Below are positions 48,532-60,819 of a DNA stretch of 64,000 nucleotides, piece after piece. Where the stretch lies: assembly GCA_963850645.1 (NCBI GenBank), contig CAWKME010000012.1, positions 19,946 through 83,945 of the forward strand. The letters are read 5' to 3'. Numbering within the stretch: position 1 is the first letter of the stretch; every line of letters begins with the position of its first letter. The translations under genes and the position numbers were made by a program. Under the pieces are notes generated by a model. It was given only the letters and a program-made list of their open reading frames with translations. It searched no databases and was not told the origin of the DNA. This stretch comes from an uncultured Actinomycetota bacterium (GTDB taxonomy: Bacteria > Actinomycetota > Actinomycetes > Mycobacteriales > Mycobacteriaceae).

Positions 48532-51051
48532 TCAGCCGCGCAGTACCGCGCCAACCCGGTCGGCGGCACATCGCACCGCCGCGTCCCGGGCCGCGCTGGC
48601 CTCGTCCTCGGTGAGCGTGCGATCGGCCGCGCGGAACCGCAGCGCGAACGTCAGCGACTTGCGGCCTTCCCCGACCTGCGGGCCGGTGTAGACGTCGAAC
48701 AGCCGGACCTCCTCCAGCAGCTCCCCGGCGCCGGCGCGGACCGCGTCTTCCACCGCCTGCGCGGGCACGTCGGCGTCGACCACCAGGCTGACGTCCTGGA
48801 ACACCGCGGGAAACGGCGAAACCCGCGGCGCCGGCAACGTCTCGACAATCGGAAGGCGTCGAGGTCGAGTTCGACCGCGCAGGTGCCCTTGGGCAGGCCG
48901 GAGCGCTCGATCACCGCGGGATGCAGTTGCCCGGCGTGGCCGACGACGCGTGCTCGTCGACCAGCACTTCGGCGCACCGGCCCGGATGCCACGGCAGGTA
49001 CTGGGCGGCCCGCAGGCTCACGCTCGACTCCGCTGGCGCGGGCGATGATCCGGACCGCCTCGAACGCGTCGGCGGCTTCCACCCGCCGGCCCTCGCCCCA
49101 CGGGCCGCGCGGCTCGCGCAGCCCGGTCAACACCGCGGCGACATGCTGCGGTTGGTGCGGCAGCGACGCGTCGAGCAGAGCGATCTCCTCGTCGGTGGGA
49201 CGGCGGTCCACCGGGATCAGCTCGACGCTCTTGGTCTGCGCGGTCGGCTGCACCACCTGCGCGATGGAGAACAGCGCGACGTCGACGATGCCGCGGGAGA
49301 CGTTGCGCGCCAACGCCTCCAGCAGCCCCGGCAGCAGCGTGGTGGCCAGATGCGGCCGATCGGCCTCCAGCGGGTTGAGCACCTGGGTGGTGCTACGCCG
49401 CGCGTCGTCGGCGGGCAGCCCCCAGGCGTCGAAAACGCCGGCGGGCAGGAACGGCGTCGGCAGGACCTCGACGTAGCCCGACAGCGCCAGCGACTTGCCG
49501 ATCGGCGCGGCGGCGACGTCTGGCCGGCGGACAGTCCCCGGCCGGCCGGCGCCGACGGCAGCACCGACGGGATGACGTCCAGGCCCTCCAGTCGCAGCAC
49601 CTCCTCGACCAGGTCGGCCGGCTGCAGCAGGTCGGGCCGCCAACTGGGCGGGGTGACGGTCAGGCTGTCGCCGGTCATCGGCCTGACCGCGGCGCCGATC
49701 TGGGTCAGCCGCCGCGACCGTCGTGCCCGGCCGGATAGACCACCCCGGCCATGCGGTCCGGCAGGTCGGCGGCGATCCGGATCGCGGCGGCAATCGGCGA
49801 CCAGTCGTCCGACGGGCGGGTCGCCGCGCCAGTCGGTGAGCTTTGTCCGAACCTCGCCGCCGGCGATTTCGGCGAGCAGTCCGGCGCAGCGGTCCAGGGC
49901 CGCCACCGAGATGGCCGGGTCGACCTCGCGCTCGTAGCGGCGGGCGGCCTCGCTGGGCAGGTGCAGCCGCCGTGCGGTGCGGGACACCGCCGCCGGATCC
50001 CACACCGCGGCCTCCAGCAGCACGTCGGTGGTGTCGTCGCGCATCTCGGTGGTGCCCGGCGCCCATCACGCCGCCGATCGCCGCGGTCGCGACGTCGTCG
50101 ACGATCAGCACGTCGGCCGGGTTGAGCCTGCGCTCGATGTCGTCGAGGGTGACGACGGTCTCCGCCGGGCTGGGCGAACCGCACCGCGAAATCGCCGTTG
50201 ATCCGGTTGCGGTCGTGGGCGTGCATCGGGTGACCGAGTTCGAGCATGACGTAGTTCGTCACGTCGACGGCCGGCGAGATCGGCCGGATCCCGCAGCAGC
50301 ATCAGCCGGCGCTGCAGCCACCACGGCGACACCGCTGTCGGGTCGATCCCGGTGACCGGGCGCAGTGCGAACCGGCGCACCCCGGTCTCCGGCTGCACGG
50401 TCAGCGGCCAGGCGTCCGCCTCGCGCGGGCAGCGCGGGCACCACATCGTTGAAGGCCGGGTCGACGAAGTCCAGGTCGTAGGCGCAGGCGATCTCGCGGG
50501 CGATACCGCGCACCGACATGCCGTAGCCGCGGTCCGGGGTGATGGCCAGGTCGAAGACCACGTCGTCGAGTCCCAGTACCTCGACACCGCCCGCACCGGG
50601 ATCAGCGGTTCCCGGCGGCAGCACCAGGATGCCGGAATGGTCTGTGGCCAAACCGAGTTCGGCCGCGGAGCAGATCATCCCGTCGGAGGTGCGGCCGTAG
50701 GTCTTGCGGGTCGGCGATCTTGAAGCCGCCGGGCAAGGTGGTACCGGGCAGCGCCACCACCACCAGATCGCCGACCGCGAAGTTCGTTGCACCGCAGACG
50801 ATTTCGCGTGGTCTGTGTCCTCACCGACGTCGACCTTGCAGGCGCGGATGGGCTTCTTGAACTCGGTGAGTTCCTCGATGGCGGTGACCCGGCCGACCGT
50901 CAGCGGTCCGTCGACGGGGCCGAGCGTGATCGACCTCCTCGACCTCGTGCCCGATGCGGATCAGCGCCTGTTCGAGGTCGGCGGCGGGCACGTCCCAGCC
51001 CGGGGCACCGGCCTGAGACGACCTCGCGCAGCCAGCTGTACGGGACGCGCA

Positions 51052-51052
<1 letters not shown>
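48532..51052 (-). CDS. pheT: Phenylalanyl-tRNA synthetase beta subunit (multiple frameshifts)
   Basis: Motifs [43 protein letters not shown]. Confidence 0.95.
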
Positions 51053-52193
<1,141 letters not shown>

Positions 52194-52291
52194 TCACGTC
52201 ACCGACGATTCGAAGTCGTCAGCCTGTTTTCCCACACGCCGTGCGTGCGGTCACGGTGGAATCGGTCCGGCTTGAGTATTTTCGTGTGGTG

Positions 52292-55200
52292 GTGACGCCC
52301 AGCAAGCCAGTCGCAGTTCCAGCCCGCTACCTGTTGTCGCCGTATGCCTCGAGTCCGCGCACGCTCGTCGAGATTCTCCACGACACCGCCGCGCGCTACC
52401 CCGACGCCGCGGCGATCGACGACGGCACAGTGCAGCTCACCTACAGCGAGCTGATCGCCGATATCGAGGCGAGCGTTGCCTGGTTGGCCGCCAGGGGCAT
52501 CGGCCGCGGCGACCGGATCGGCATCCGGATGCCGTCGGGCAGCTTCGCGCTGTATGAGGCGATTTTGGCGACGCTGGCCATCGGCGCGGCCTACGTTCCG
52601 GTCGACGCCGACGACCCCGACGAGCGTGCCGAATTGGTATTCGGCGAGGCGAACGTCGTCGCGGTGCTCAGCGAAGCGGGCTATGGCGCGAGGGCCTGGC
52701 TCGTCGCGTGGCTGGCGGGCCGGGGCCCCGCTGCCCCGCGACGACGCGTGGATCATCTTCACGTCCGGTTCGACCGGCACGCCCAAGGGTGTGGCCGTCA
52801 CGCACCGCAACGCCGCCGCGTTCGTCGACGCCGAGGCGCAGATGTTCCTGCAGGACAACCCGATCGGGCCTGGCGACCGGGTGTTGGCCGGGCTTGTCGG
52901 TGGCGTTCGACGCGTCGTGCGAGGAGATGTGGCTGGCGTGGCGACACGGCGCGTGCCTGGTGCCGGCCCCGCGATCGCTGGTGCGCAGCGGAATGGACCT
53001 CGGTCCGTGGCTGGTCGCCCGCGATGTGACCGTCGTGTCGACGGTGCCGACACTGGCCGCGCTGTGGCCGGCCGAGGCGCTCGAGGCGGTGCGGCTGCTG
53101 ATCTTCGGCGGCGAGGCCTGCCCGCCGGACCTGGCCGCACGGCTCGCCGTCGACGGCCGCGAGGTGTGGAACACCTACGGCCCCACCGAGGCCACCGTGG
53201 TCGCGTGCGCGGCCCGGCTGGACGGCGTCGGCCCGGTGCGCATCGGCCTGCCGCTTGCCGGGCTGGGACCTGGCCGTCGTCGATGCCGACGGCCTGCCGG
53301 TGAGCCACGGCGAGGTGGGTGAGCTGGTCATCGGCGGCGTCGGCCTAGCCCGCTACCTCGACCCGGACAAAGACGCCGAGAAGTACGCGCCGATGCCGAC
53401 ACTGGGCTGGCGGCGCGCCTACCGCAGCGGTGATCTGGTGCGGCTGGAGAGCGAGGGCTTGGTCTTCCGTGGCCGCGCCGACGACCAGGTCAAGGTCGGG
53501 GGCCGGCGTATCGAGCTGGGCGAGGTCGACGCGGCGCTGGTTCAGCTGCCGGGCGTCAGCGGCGGTGCTGCCGCGGTTCGCCGGACGGCCACCGGCACGC
53601 CGGTGCTGGTGGGATACGTGGTCAGCGCCGACCCCGAATTCGACATGGCGTCGGCGCGGGCCCGGCTGGCCGAGCGGCTGCCCGCTGCGCTGGTGCCGCG
53701 CCTTGTCCGGGTCGACGAACTGCCCACCCGCACCTCCGGCAAGGTCGACCGGGACGCGCTGCCCTGGCCGCCCGCGGGGCGGTGCCGACCCGGAGCGAGC
53801 AGCTCAGACTCGGGCGGCACGACGGGCTGGTTGGCCGGGTTGTGGCGGGAGTTGCTCGGCTGCCGCCGTGGAGGGGCCCGAGGCCGACTTCTTCGCGCTC
53901 GGCGGCGGCTCACTGGCCGCAGCGCAGCTCGTCGCCGCGCTGCGGCACCGGTATCCGCAGGTGACCGTCGCCGACCTGTACGACCACCCGCGACTCGGCT
54001 CACTCGCCGGGTTCCTCGACGAGCTGGAACCGCCACCTGAGGTTGCCGAGCGGGTGGTGCGACCCACTCCGCGGCTGGCGCAGGCGGTGCAGATCGGGCT
54101 CTCGGTGCCGTTGGCGACGCTGGCGGCACTGCAGTGGGTGACCTGGTTGGCGCTGGGCAATAACGTCGTCCGGGCCCTGCATCTGCTGCCGTGGACCGTC
54201 GCGGTGAACTGGTGGCTGATCGGGGTGGCGTTCGTCGTGTTCGTCACGCCGGTGGGCCGGATGGCCGTCGCGGTGTTGTTCGCGCGCTTGCTGTTGTCGA
54301 ATCTGCAGCCGGGCACATACCGCCGCGGCGGGTCGGTGCATCTGCGGGTCTGGTTCGCCGAACGACTCGCCGAGGCCAGCGGCGCAGAGAACTTGGCCGG
54401 CGCGCCTTGGTTGGTCTACTACGCTCGCGCACTCGGCGCGCAGATCGGCAAGGGCGTCGATTTGCACTCGATGCCTCCGGTCACCGGGATGCTCACGGTC
54501 GGGCACCGCAGCGCCATCGAACCTGAGGTCGACCTGTGCGGGCACTGGATCGACGGGGACGCGTTTCACGTCGGATCGGTCACCATCGGCAACGACGCGA
54601 CGATCGGCGCCCGCTCCACGCTGCTGCCCGGCGCGATCGTGGGCAAGAACGCCGACATTGCACCGGGCTCGGGTGTCCTCGGGAAAGTCAAAAGCCGCCA
54701 ATATTGGAAGGGCTCGCCCGCGGTCAAGTCTGGTCGGGTGAACCACCCGTGGCCCGACGAACGGCCGGCGCGCAGAACCCTCTGGGTGGCGGTATACGGC
54801 CTGACGTCGATGTTGCTGGCCGGCGTGCCGTTGCTTGCCTTGGCCTGCGGGCTGGCGTTGATCGTCTTCGGTGTGCGTCACACTGACCGGTTGCGCCAGG
54901 CCATAGTGCCCGCGCTGCTGTGGACACCGGCCGCGACAGCGGCGGCTCTGGCGGTATATGCACTGCTGACGGTCGTTGCGGTGCAGGCACTTTCGATCGG
55001 GCTGCGGGAGGGCTATCACCCGGTGCGGAGTCGCATCGGTTGGCAGCTGTGGGCGACCGAACGGCTGATGGACGGTGCACGCAACTATCTGTTCCCTGTG
55101 TACGCCAGCTTGCTGACACCCGCTTGGCTGCGACTGCTCGGCGCCAAGGTCGGCCGCGGCACCGAGATCTCCACGGTGTTGCTGACACCCAAGTTCACCG

Positions 55201-56219
55201 TGATCGAGGATGGCGCGTTTCTGGCCGACGACACGATGGTCGCGTCTTACGAGCTCGGCGGTGGCTGGATCTATGCGGCTAAGACAACCGTCGGCAGGCG
55301 CGCGTTTCTCGGCAACTCGGGCATCACGCAGCCGGGTCGCCGTGTGCCCGACGACGGACTGGTCGCGGTGCTGTCGGCGGCGCCGGCGAAGGCCAAGCGC
55401 GGTTCGTCGTGGCTGGGCAGCCCGCCGATGCGGCTGCGCAGGCGTCCAGCCGAAGCGGACGCGGCCCGCACATACGACCCGCCGTTGCGGTTGAAGGCGA
55501 TGCGGACGGCCGTGGAGGTGTGTCGGCTGCTGCCGGTGATGGTAACGGTCGCGATCGGGTTGGCGGTGCTGGGCGCACTGCAGGCGCTGGCACGGATCTC
55601 CGGCATCTGGTACGCGGCGCTGGGCGGCGGGCTGGTGCTGCTGGCCGCCGGCGCGCTGGCCGGCGGCGTCACGGTCGTCGCGAAATGGCTTCTGGTCGGC
55701 CGGATCAGGGCCGGCGAGTTCCCACTGTGGTCATCTTTCGTGTGGCGCAACGAGGTCGCCGATACGTTTGTGGAAGTCGTCGCGGCGCCGTGGTTCGCCC
55801 GCGCGGCCAGCGGGACCCCGGTGATGAACATGTGGCTGCGCGCACTGGGCGCCCACGTCGGCCGCGGCACATGGTGTGAAACCTATTGGCTGCCTGAGGC
55901 GGATCTCGTCACACTCGGCAAAGGCAGCACGGTCAACCGTGGCTGCGTGGTCCAGACTCATCTGTTCCACGACCGGATCATGCGGATGGACACCGTCGTG
56001 CTGGAACCGGGCGCGACGCTGGGCCCGCATGGCGTCGCGCTGCCGGCGGCGCGGCTCGGCGCGGGCGTCACTGTCGGCCCCGCATCGCTGGTGGTGCGCG
56101 GCGATGAAGTGCCGGCCTCGACACGCTGGCAAGGCAATCCGATCAGGCCGTGGAATCCCGGCCGCAGGAAGACCGGGAAGAATCCGTCCGGGCGCGGCGC
56201 CGAGGACACCGCGGCGTGA
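52292..56219 (+). CDS. Pls/PosA-family single-module membrane NRPS: A-T domains plus TM segments and three beta-helix C-terminal domains (frameshifts in the A/T part)
   Basis: A-domain motifs FTSGSTGTPKG, FDAS, NTYGPTE, YRSGD, SGKVDR; T domain DFFALGGGSL; TM pairs alternate with hexapeptide-repeat domains; no C or TE domain. Confidence 0.88.
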
Positions 56220-57562
56220 AATCTTCTGGCAAGAAAGCGGTTTCGAATAGAGCTTCGACGTCCGCTGAACCGGCGGTGATCGACCCGTACCTACCCAGAA
56301 ACGGCAACTCCGGCTACCGGGTGTCGCGCTACGAATTGGATCTGGAGTACAAGGTCGCGATCAACCGGCTGTCGGGATCGGTGACGATCACCGCGGTAAC
56401 TCTTACCGAGTTGCAGGAGCTCACGCTCGATCTGTCCGACGCGATGTCGGTGTCGAAGGTGTCGGTGAACGGCAAGCGCCCTGCGCATTTCGCCTGCCAC
56501 GACCGCAAGTTGCGCATCCGGTTACAGTCGAAATACCCAACCGGAGCAGCATTGTCGATCGTCGTGCGCTATCGCGGTTCGCCGCGACCAATCCGGTCAT
56601 TATGGGGTGACGTCGGTTTCGAGGAATTGACCCACGGCGCACTCGTCGCCGGGCAACCCAACGGCGCCGCGTCGTGGTTCCCCTGCGACGATCACCCCAG
56701 CGCCAAGGCCGCCTTTCGCATCCAGGTCAGCACCGAAAACGCCTACCGGCTGGTCGCCAACGGCAAACTGGTGTCGCGGCGGGTGCATGCCGCGCAGACG
56801 GTTTGGACCTACGAACTACCCGAACCCACCTCGACCTACCTGATCACCCTGCAGATCGGGCTCTATGAGATGACGCGGCTGGCGAAAACGCCGGTGCTGA
56901 TGCAGGCCGCGCTGCCCCAGCGGTTGCGACGCAACTTCGACCACGATTTTGCTCGCCAACGCGAGATGATCGAGCTGTTCGTCGAGTTGTTCGGTCAATA
57001 TCCTCTGGCGAACGGATACACGGTGGTCGTCACCGATGATGCGCTGGAGATTCCGCTTGAGGCTCAAGGAATTTCGATCTTCGGCGCCAACCACTGTGAC
57101 GGATCCGGGGCCAGCGAACGGCTGATCGCCCATGAGCTGGCGCATCAGTGGTTCGGGAACTCCGTGACCGCACGACGCTGGCGTGACATCTGGCTGCATG
57201 AGGGATTCGCGAGCTACGCGGAGTGGTTATGGTCGGAGAAAAGTGGCGGCCCCAGCGCCGACGAACTTGCCCGCTACTATCACGACAGGCTGCGCGAGTC
57301 GCCCCAAGATCTGCTACTCGCCGATCCAGGACCGCGTGACATGTTCGACGATCGCGTGTACAAGCGCGGCGCGTTAACCCTGCACACGCTGCGCGGACAG
57401 CTGGGCGACGAGAAATTCTTTGCGCTGCTGAGAGATTGGACAACCCGAAACCGCCACGGCACCGTCATCACCGAGGACTTCATCGGCTTAGCCGCGGGCT
57501 ATTGCGACACGTCGCTGCAGGGTTTGTGGGATGCCTGGCTGTACTCGACGGAAGTGCCTTGA
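56216..57562 (+). CDS. M1 family zinc metallopeptidase, translationally coupled to the NRPS
   Basis: HELAH...WLHEG zinc motif, WFPCDDHP, VYKRGA; GTGA overlap with the NRPS stop. Confidence 0.92.
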   Translation: MKSSGKKAVSNRASTSAEPAVIDPYLPRNGNSGYRVSRYELDLEYKVAINRLSGSVTITAVTLTELQELTLDLSDAMSVSKVSVNGKRPAHFACHDRKLRIRLQSKYPTGAALSIVVRYRGSPRPIRSLWGDVGFEELTHGALVAGQPNGAASWFPCDDHPSAKAAFRIQVSTENAYRLVANGKLVSRRVHAAQTVWTYELPEPTSTYLITLQIGLYEMTRLAKTPVLMQAALPQRLRRNFDHDFARQREMIELFVELFGQYPLANGYTVVVTDDALEIPLEAQGISIFGANHCDGSGASERLIAHELAHQWFGNSVTARRWRDIWLHEGFASYAEWLWSEKSGGPSADELARYYHDRLRESPQDLLLADPGPRDMFDDRVYKRGALTLHTLRGQLGDEKFFALLRDWTTRNRHGTVITEDFIGLAAGYCDTSLQGLWDAWLYSTEVP

Positions 57563-57582
57563 CGCTCCATGCTCGACGAGCG

Positions 57583-57657
57583 AGTAGGCGCTGCTTGAAC
57601 TGGCTGAATTCATCGTCGGTCAGAACTTTGGAGTCGTGCCGTTCGGCGAGCTTCTGA
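57583..57657 (-). pseudogene. SHOCT-domain remnant
   Basis: Reads QKLAERHDSKVLTDDEFSQFKQRLL with no convincing gene body or start. Confidence 0.45.
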
Positions 57658-57765
57658 TAGGAGGCCCCAACGCTAGCGGGCGGGTAAGCCCGCCACTGAG
57701 CCCGTGAAGAATTCAACGGCTCAAAGTGTTCGGTCAGCTACTCGCCGACCGGCTGAGGGAATGCG

Positions 57766-58575
57766 TCAGCCGTTGAATGCCGGAGCCGCAGCCGCAGCCG
57801 CCGGCGCGGCCACCGACACCTGACGGCGCGCCCTGCGCGAGCGGGAAACCCACACCGCCACCAACGCACCCAACACGCCGACGATGCCGCCGATCATGGT
57901 CGTCCACTCTCCGTGCGCCAACATCAGGAAGCCAAAGCTCGCACCAACCGCCAGCAACGCGTACCGCACCGGGGTCCACTGGGCCGGGCCCGCCAGCCGG
58001 AGCGAGGCCAGCAGGCCCAGCGCCAATGCGATGGAGTGCCCGACATCGGTGAAATCGTCGCTCAACACTGCGGCGGTAATCCCCACCGGGAGCCACCAAC
58101 CCAGCCAGGCCGGCCGCCACCGACGAGGGATGGCTGCGGTCAGCGCACCCAGCACGGCCACGGCGCCATAGCTCACGCCCACGTCGCTGGCACGTGAGAT
58201 CGACAGCGGTAACCAGCCGAATTCGATCGCCGCGGTCAGCCCGACGGCGACCAGCAGCGTGGTACCGATGTGGCCGGTAACGAATACCAGGGCCAACCGT
58301 CCACTGCGCCAGATCACCTCGGCGAGGGCGAGCAGGCAAACCAAGCAGGGTAGCCAGAACCAGATCGGCCCGGCATCGGTGACGAAGGCGCTACCGAACA
58401 GGGTCGCCAGGTGACCGTGCGCCAGGTTGTGCAGGTTGGTGCTGACCAGCGCAATGACATGCTGTCGTACCCGCGGACCGAGGTCCACGAGCACCAGGCT
58501 GACCGTCGCCAAAACGAGCGCGTAGCCCAGCGTGATCCGGACGCGCCCAAGTCGCGACAACATTCCTAAAAACAT
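57766..58575 (-). CDS. Rhomboid-like membrane protein (Rv1648-like)
   Basis: Motifs STNLHNL, GHIGTTL, DVGVSYG, FTDVGH. Confidence 0.85.
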   Translation of the reverse strand: MFLGMLSRLGRVRITLGYALVLATVSLVLVDLGPRVRQHVIALVSTNLHNLAHGHLATLFGSAFVTDAGPIWFWLPCLVCLLALAEVIWRSGRLALVFVTGHIGTTLLVAVGLTAAIEFGWLPLSISRASDVGVSYGAVAVLGALTAAIPRRWRPAWLGWWLPVGITAAVLSDDFTDVGHSIALALGLLASLRLAGPAQWTPVRYALLAVGASFGFLMLAHGEWTTMIGGIVGVLGALVAVWVSRSRRARRQVSVAAPAAAAAAPAFNG

Positions 58576-58584
58576 CGACATCTA

Positions 58585-59523
58585 CTATGCCTGGAGATCT
58601 TCGTCATCTGCACTAACCAACGCTGACAAGTCACTGGCAATTTCCGAGTTGACCTTGAGCCGGTAAATCGCCAAGTCGGCGGGTAGTCCGTGGGTTTTAC
58701 CTGCGAATACCGGTCGATGTACCCGTCTGGCAGTAACCCCCAACGCGTCCAAATCCGCCTGCGAAAGCTCGTCCAGTGTGGTGCCCGACACCATCACGCC
58801 TCCCCTGGTGGCGCGCTCCATGACCCGGGCCGCGACGTTGACGTCGACCCCGAGCCAATCGGCGGCCAGGCGCTGCGGACGCCCGGTGTGGATACCTACC
58901 CGCATCCGCGGTTTGTAGCCGTCGACGTCGACCGACCGCAATGCCTTCTTGGCTTCGAGCACGGCACCCACGGCGACGAGCGGGTCGGCGAACACCGCCA
59001 TGATGCCGTCGCCCATCCGCTTGACGATGTGACCGCCGGCATCCAGCAGCGGCGGCTCAACCGCGCGCGCCACCCGCCGCAGCAGCTTGAGGGTCGCGTC
59101 GTCGCCGGCTTGCAACGACCACGTCGAGAAACCCACCAGATCGGTGAAAACCAGCGTGACCTCTGCATTTGCCGGCCGTCGGGAAACCGCCTCGGTCAAC
59201 GCCTGCCACACCTGCAGTGCGCCGAGGCTGACCTCCCGGGACGCGCCGCCGCGCTTACCCAGTAGCCGGCCCGCGGCCCGCGCGGCGGCACGCGGCCCGC
59301 CGTCGCCTGCCGTCGACAGCGGATCGCCGAATTCCGGATCGCCGGGCAACACGCGTCGCGCTCGACGGATCAAGTCAATAACGCCGGGGTTCTGGTTCCT
59401 GCTACGCAGCCACTCCGCTGCCCCGTGTAGTGAGGCGGAGACTTGCTGTCGTGAACCAGGCGAATCCGGCGCGGTCGCCGTTTGCTCGGGCTCGCCGGAC
59501 GCCGGGTAGGGCCCGAGTTCCAC
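58585..59523 (-). CDS. Class III adenylate cyclase (Rv1647-like)
   Basis: Motifs VFTDLVGFS, VKRMGDGIM, RVGIHTG, DVNVAARV. Confidence 0.92.
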   Translation of the reverse strand: MELGPYPASGEPEQTATAPDSPGSRQQVSASLHGAAEWLRSRNQNPGVIDLIRRARRVLPGDPEFGDPLSTAGDGGPRAAARAAGRLLGKRGGASREVSLGALQVWQALTEAVSRRPANAEVTLVFTDLVGFSTWSLQAGDDATLKLLRRVARAVEPPLLDAGGHIVKRMGDGIMAVFADPLVAVGAVLEAKKALRSVDVDGYKPRMRVGIHTGRPQRLAADWLGVDVNVAARVMERATRGGVMVSGTTLDELSQADLDALGVTARRVHRPVFAGKTHGLPADLAIYRLKVNSEIASDLSALVSADDEDLQA

Positions 59524-59672
59524 GCCGCCCAGAGTAGGTGGTCTCGGGACAGACCGGCAACGACCGCCGTCGTGGTGTACGCCACCATCACCGCCAAACC
59601 GCCTGATCACGCGCTTACGACGCATGGGTCGAGAGTCGATAACAGCGTGTCGCGGCGCGCCCCGAAATCGTA

Positions 59673-59688
59673 GACAACGTGCGTTGTC
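59673..59688. promoter_or_regulatory. Palindromic operator GACAACG-TG-CGTTGTC between divergent genes
   Basis: Perfect 7-bp inverted repeat about 45 nt upstream of the oxygenase start. Confidence 0.55.
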
Positions 59689-59733
59689 AACATTATCGTG
59701 AAATCCATCGCTCATCAGGACCAGGAGGGCGTG

Positions 59734-60819
59734 ATGACTACGACCTTGATGCCATCGACGACGTCTGCTGCGCCCGGGACAGGGCAGCGGCGCGACGACA
59801 AACCGGTCCCGCTGGCTCCGCTGGGGCCGGACTCGCTTACCTGGAAGTATTTCGGTGATCTGCGAACCGGGATGATGGGCGTGTGGATCGGCGCGATCCA
59901 GAACATGTATCCGGAATTGGGCGCCGGTGTCGAGGAGCATTCGATCCTGTTGCGCGAGCCGCTGCAACGTGTCGCTCGCTCGGTGTATCCGATCATGGGC
60001 GTCGTCTATGACGGCAACCGGGCGGCTCAGACCGGCGAGCAGATCAAGCAGTACCACCACACCATCAAGGGGGTCGACGCGACCGGCCGCCGCTACCACG
60101 CGCTGAACCCGGAGACGTTCTACTGGGCGCACGCGACGTTCTTCATGCTCGTGATCAAGGTGGCCGAGTACTTCTGCGGCGGGTTGACCGAAGCCGAGAA
60201 GCGCCAGCTGTTCGATGAACATGTGCAGTGGTACCGGATGTACGGGATGAGCATGCGACCGGTGCCCACGACCTGGGAGGACTTCCAGGAGTACTGGCAA
60301 CGGGTCTGCCGCGACGAGCTGGAGATCAATCAGGCCACCCTGGACATCTTCCAAATACGTATTCCCAAGCCGAAGTTCGTGCTGATGCCCACCCCGTTGT
60401 GGGACCAGCTGTTCAAACCACTTGTGGCGGGCCAGCGCTGGATCGCGGCCGGGCTGTTCGAGCCGTCCATCCGCGAGAAGGCCGGCATGCGGTGGACGCC
60501 GGGCGACGAAGTGGTGCTGCGGCTGTTCGGCAAAATGGTCGAGCTGGCGTTTCTGGCGGTACCGGACGAGATTCGGTTGCATCCGCGTGCGCTGGCCGCT
60601 TATCGGCGCTCAGCGGGCCGGGTTGCCGTCGATGCCCCGCTGGTGGAGGCACCGAGCTTCATGGCGCCGCCGCGGGACCGCCGCGGGCTGCCGATGCATT
60701 ACTTCCCGCCGCGCAGACCGCTGCCCAGAAGCATCGTCGAGCGTGCCGGGTCGCTGGTGCACACCACGTTCTCGCTGGCCGGATTGCGCCCGGCGCGGGG
60801 TCGCGGCAAGGCCGCCTAG
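59734..60819 (+). CDS. MpaB/DUF2236-family oxygenase-like protein (Rv1645c-like)
   Basis: Motifs LGPDSLTWKYFGD, GAGVEEHS, YHALNPETFYWAHAT. Confidence 0.88.
   Translation: MTTTLMPSTTSAAPGTGQRRDDKPVPLAPLGPDSLTWKYFGDLRTGMMGVWIGAIQNMYPELGAGVEEHSILLREPLQRVARSVYPIMGVVYDGNRAAQTGEQIKQYHHTIKGVDATGRRYHALNPETFYWAHATFFMLVIKVAEYFCGGLTEAEKRQLFDEHVQWYRMYGMSMRPVPTTWEDFQEYWQRVCRDELEINQATLDIFQIRIPKPKFVLMPTPLWDQLFKPLVAGQRWIAAGLFEPSIREKAGMRWTPGDEVVLRLFGKMVELAFLAVPDEIRLHPRALAAYRRSAGRVAVDAPLVEAPSFMAPPRDRRGLPMHYFPPRRPLPRSIVERAGSLVHTTFSLAGLRPARGRGKAA

Noticed and set aside
58585-60582. 665-aa adenylate cyclase with a long N-terminal extension
   Set aside because: The extension is the antisense shadow of the oxygenase gene; the cyclase starts near 59523.
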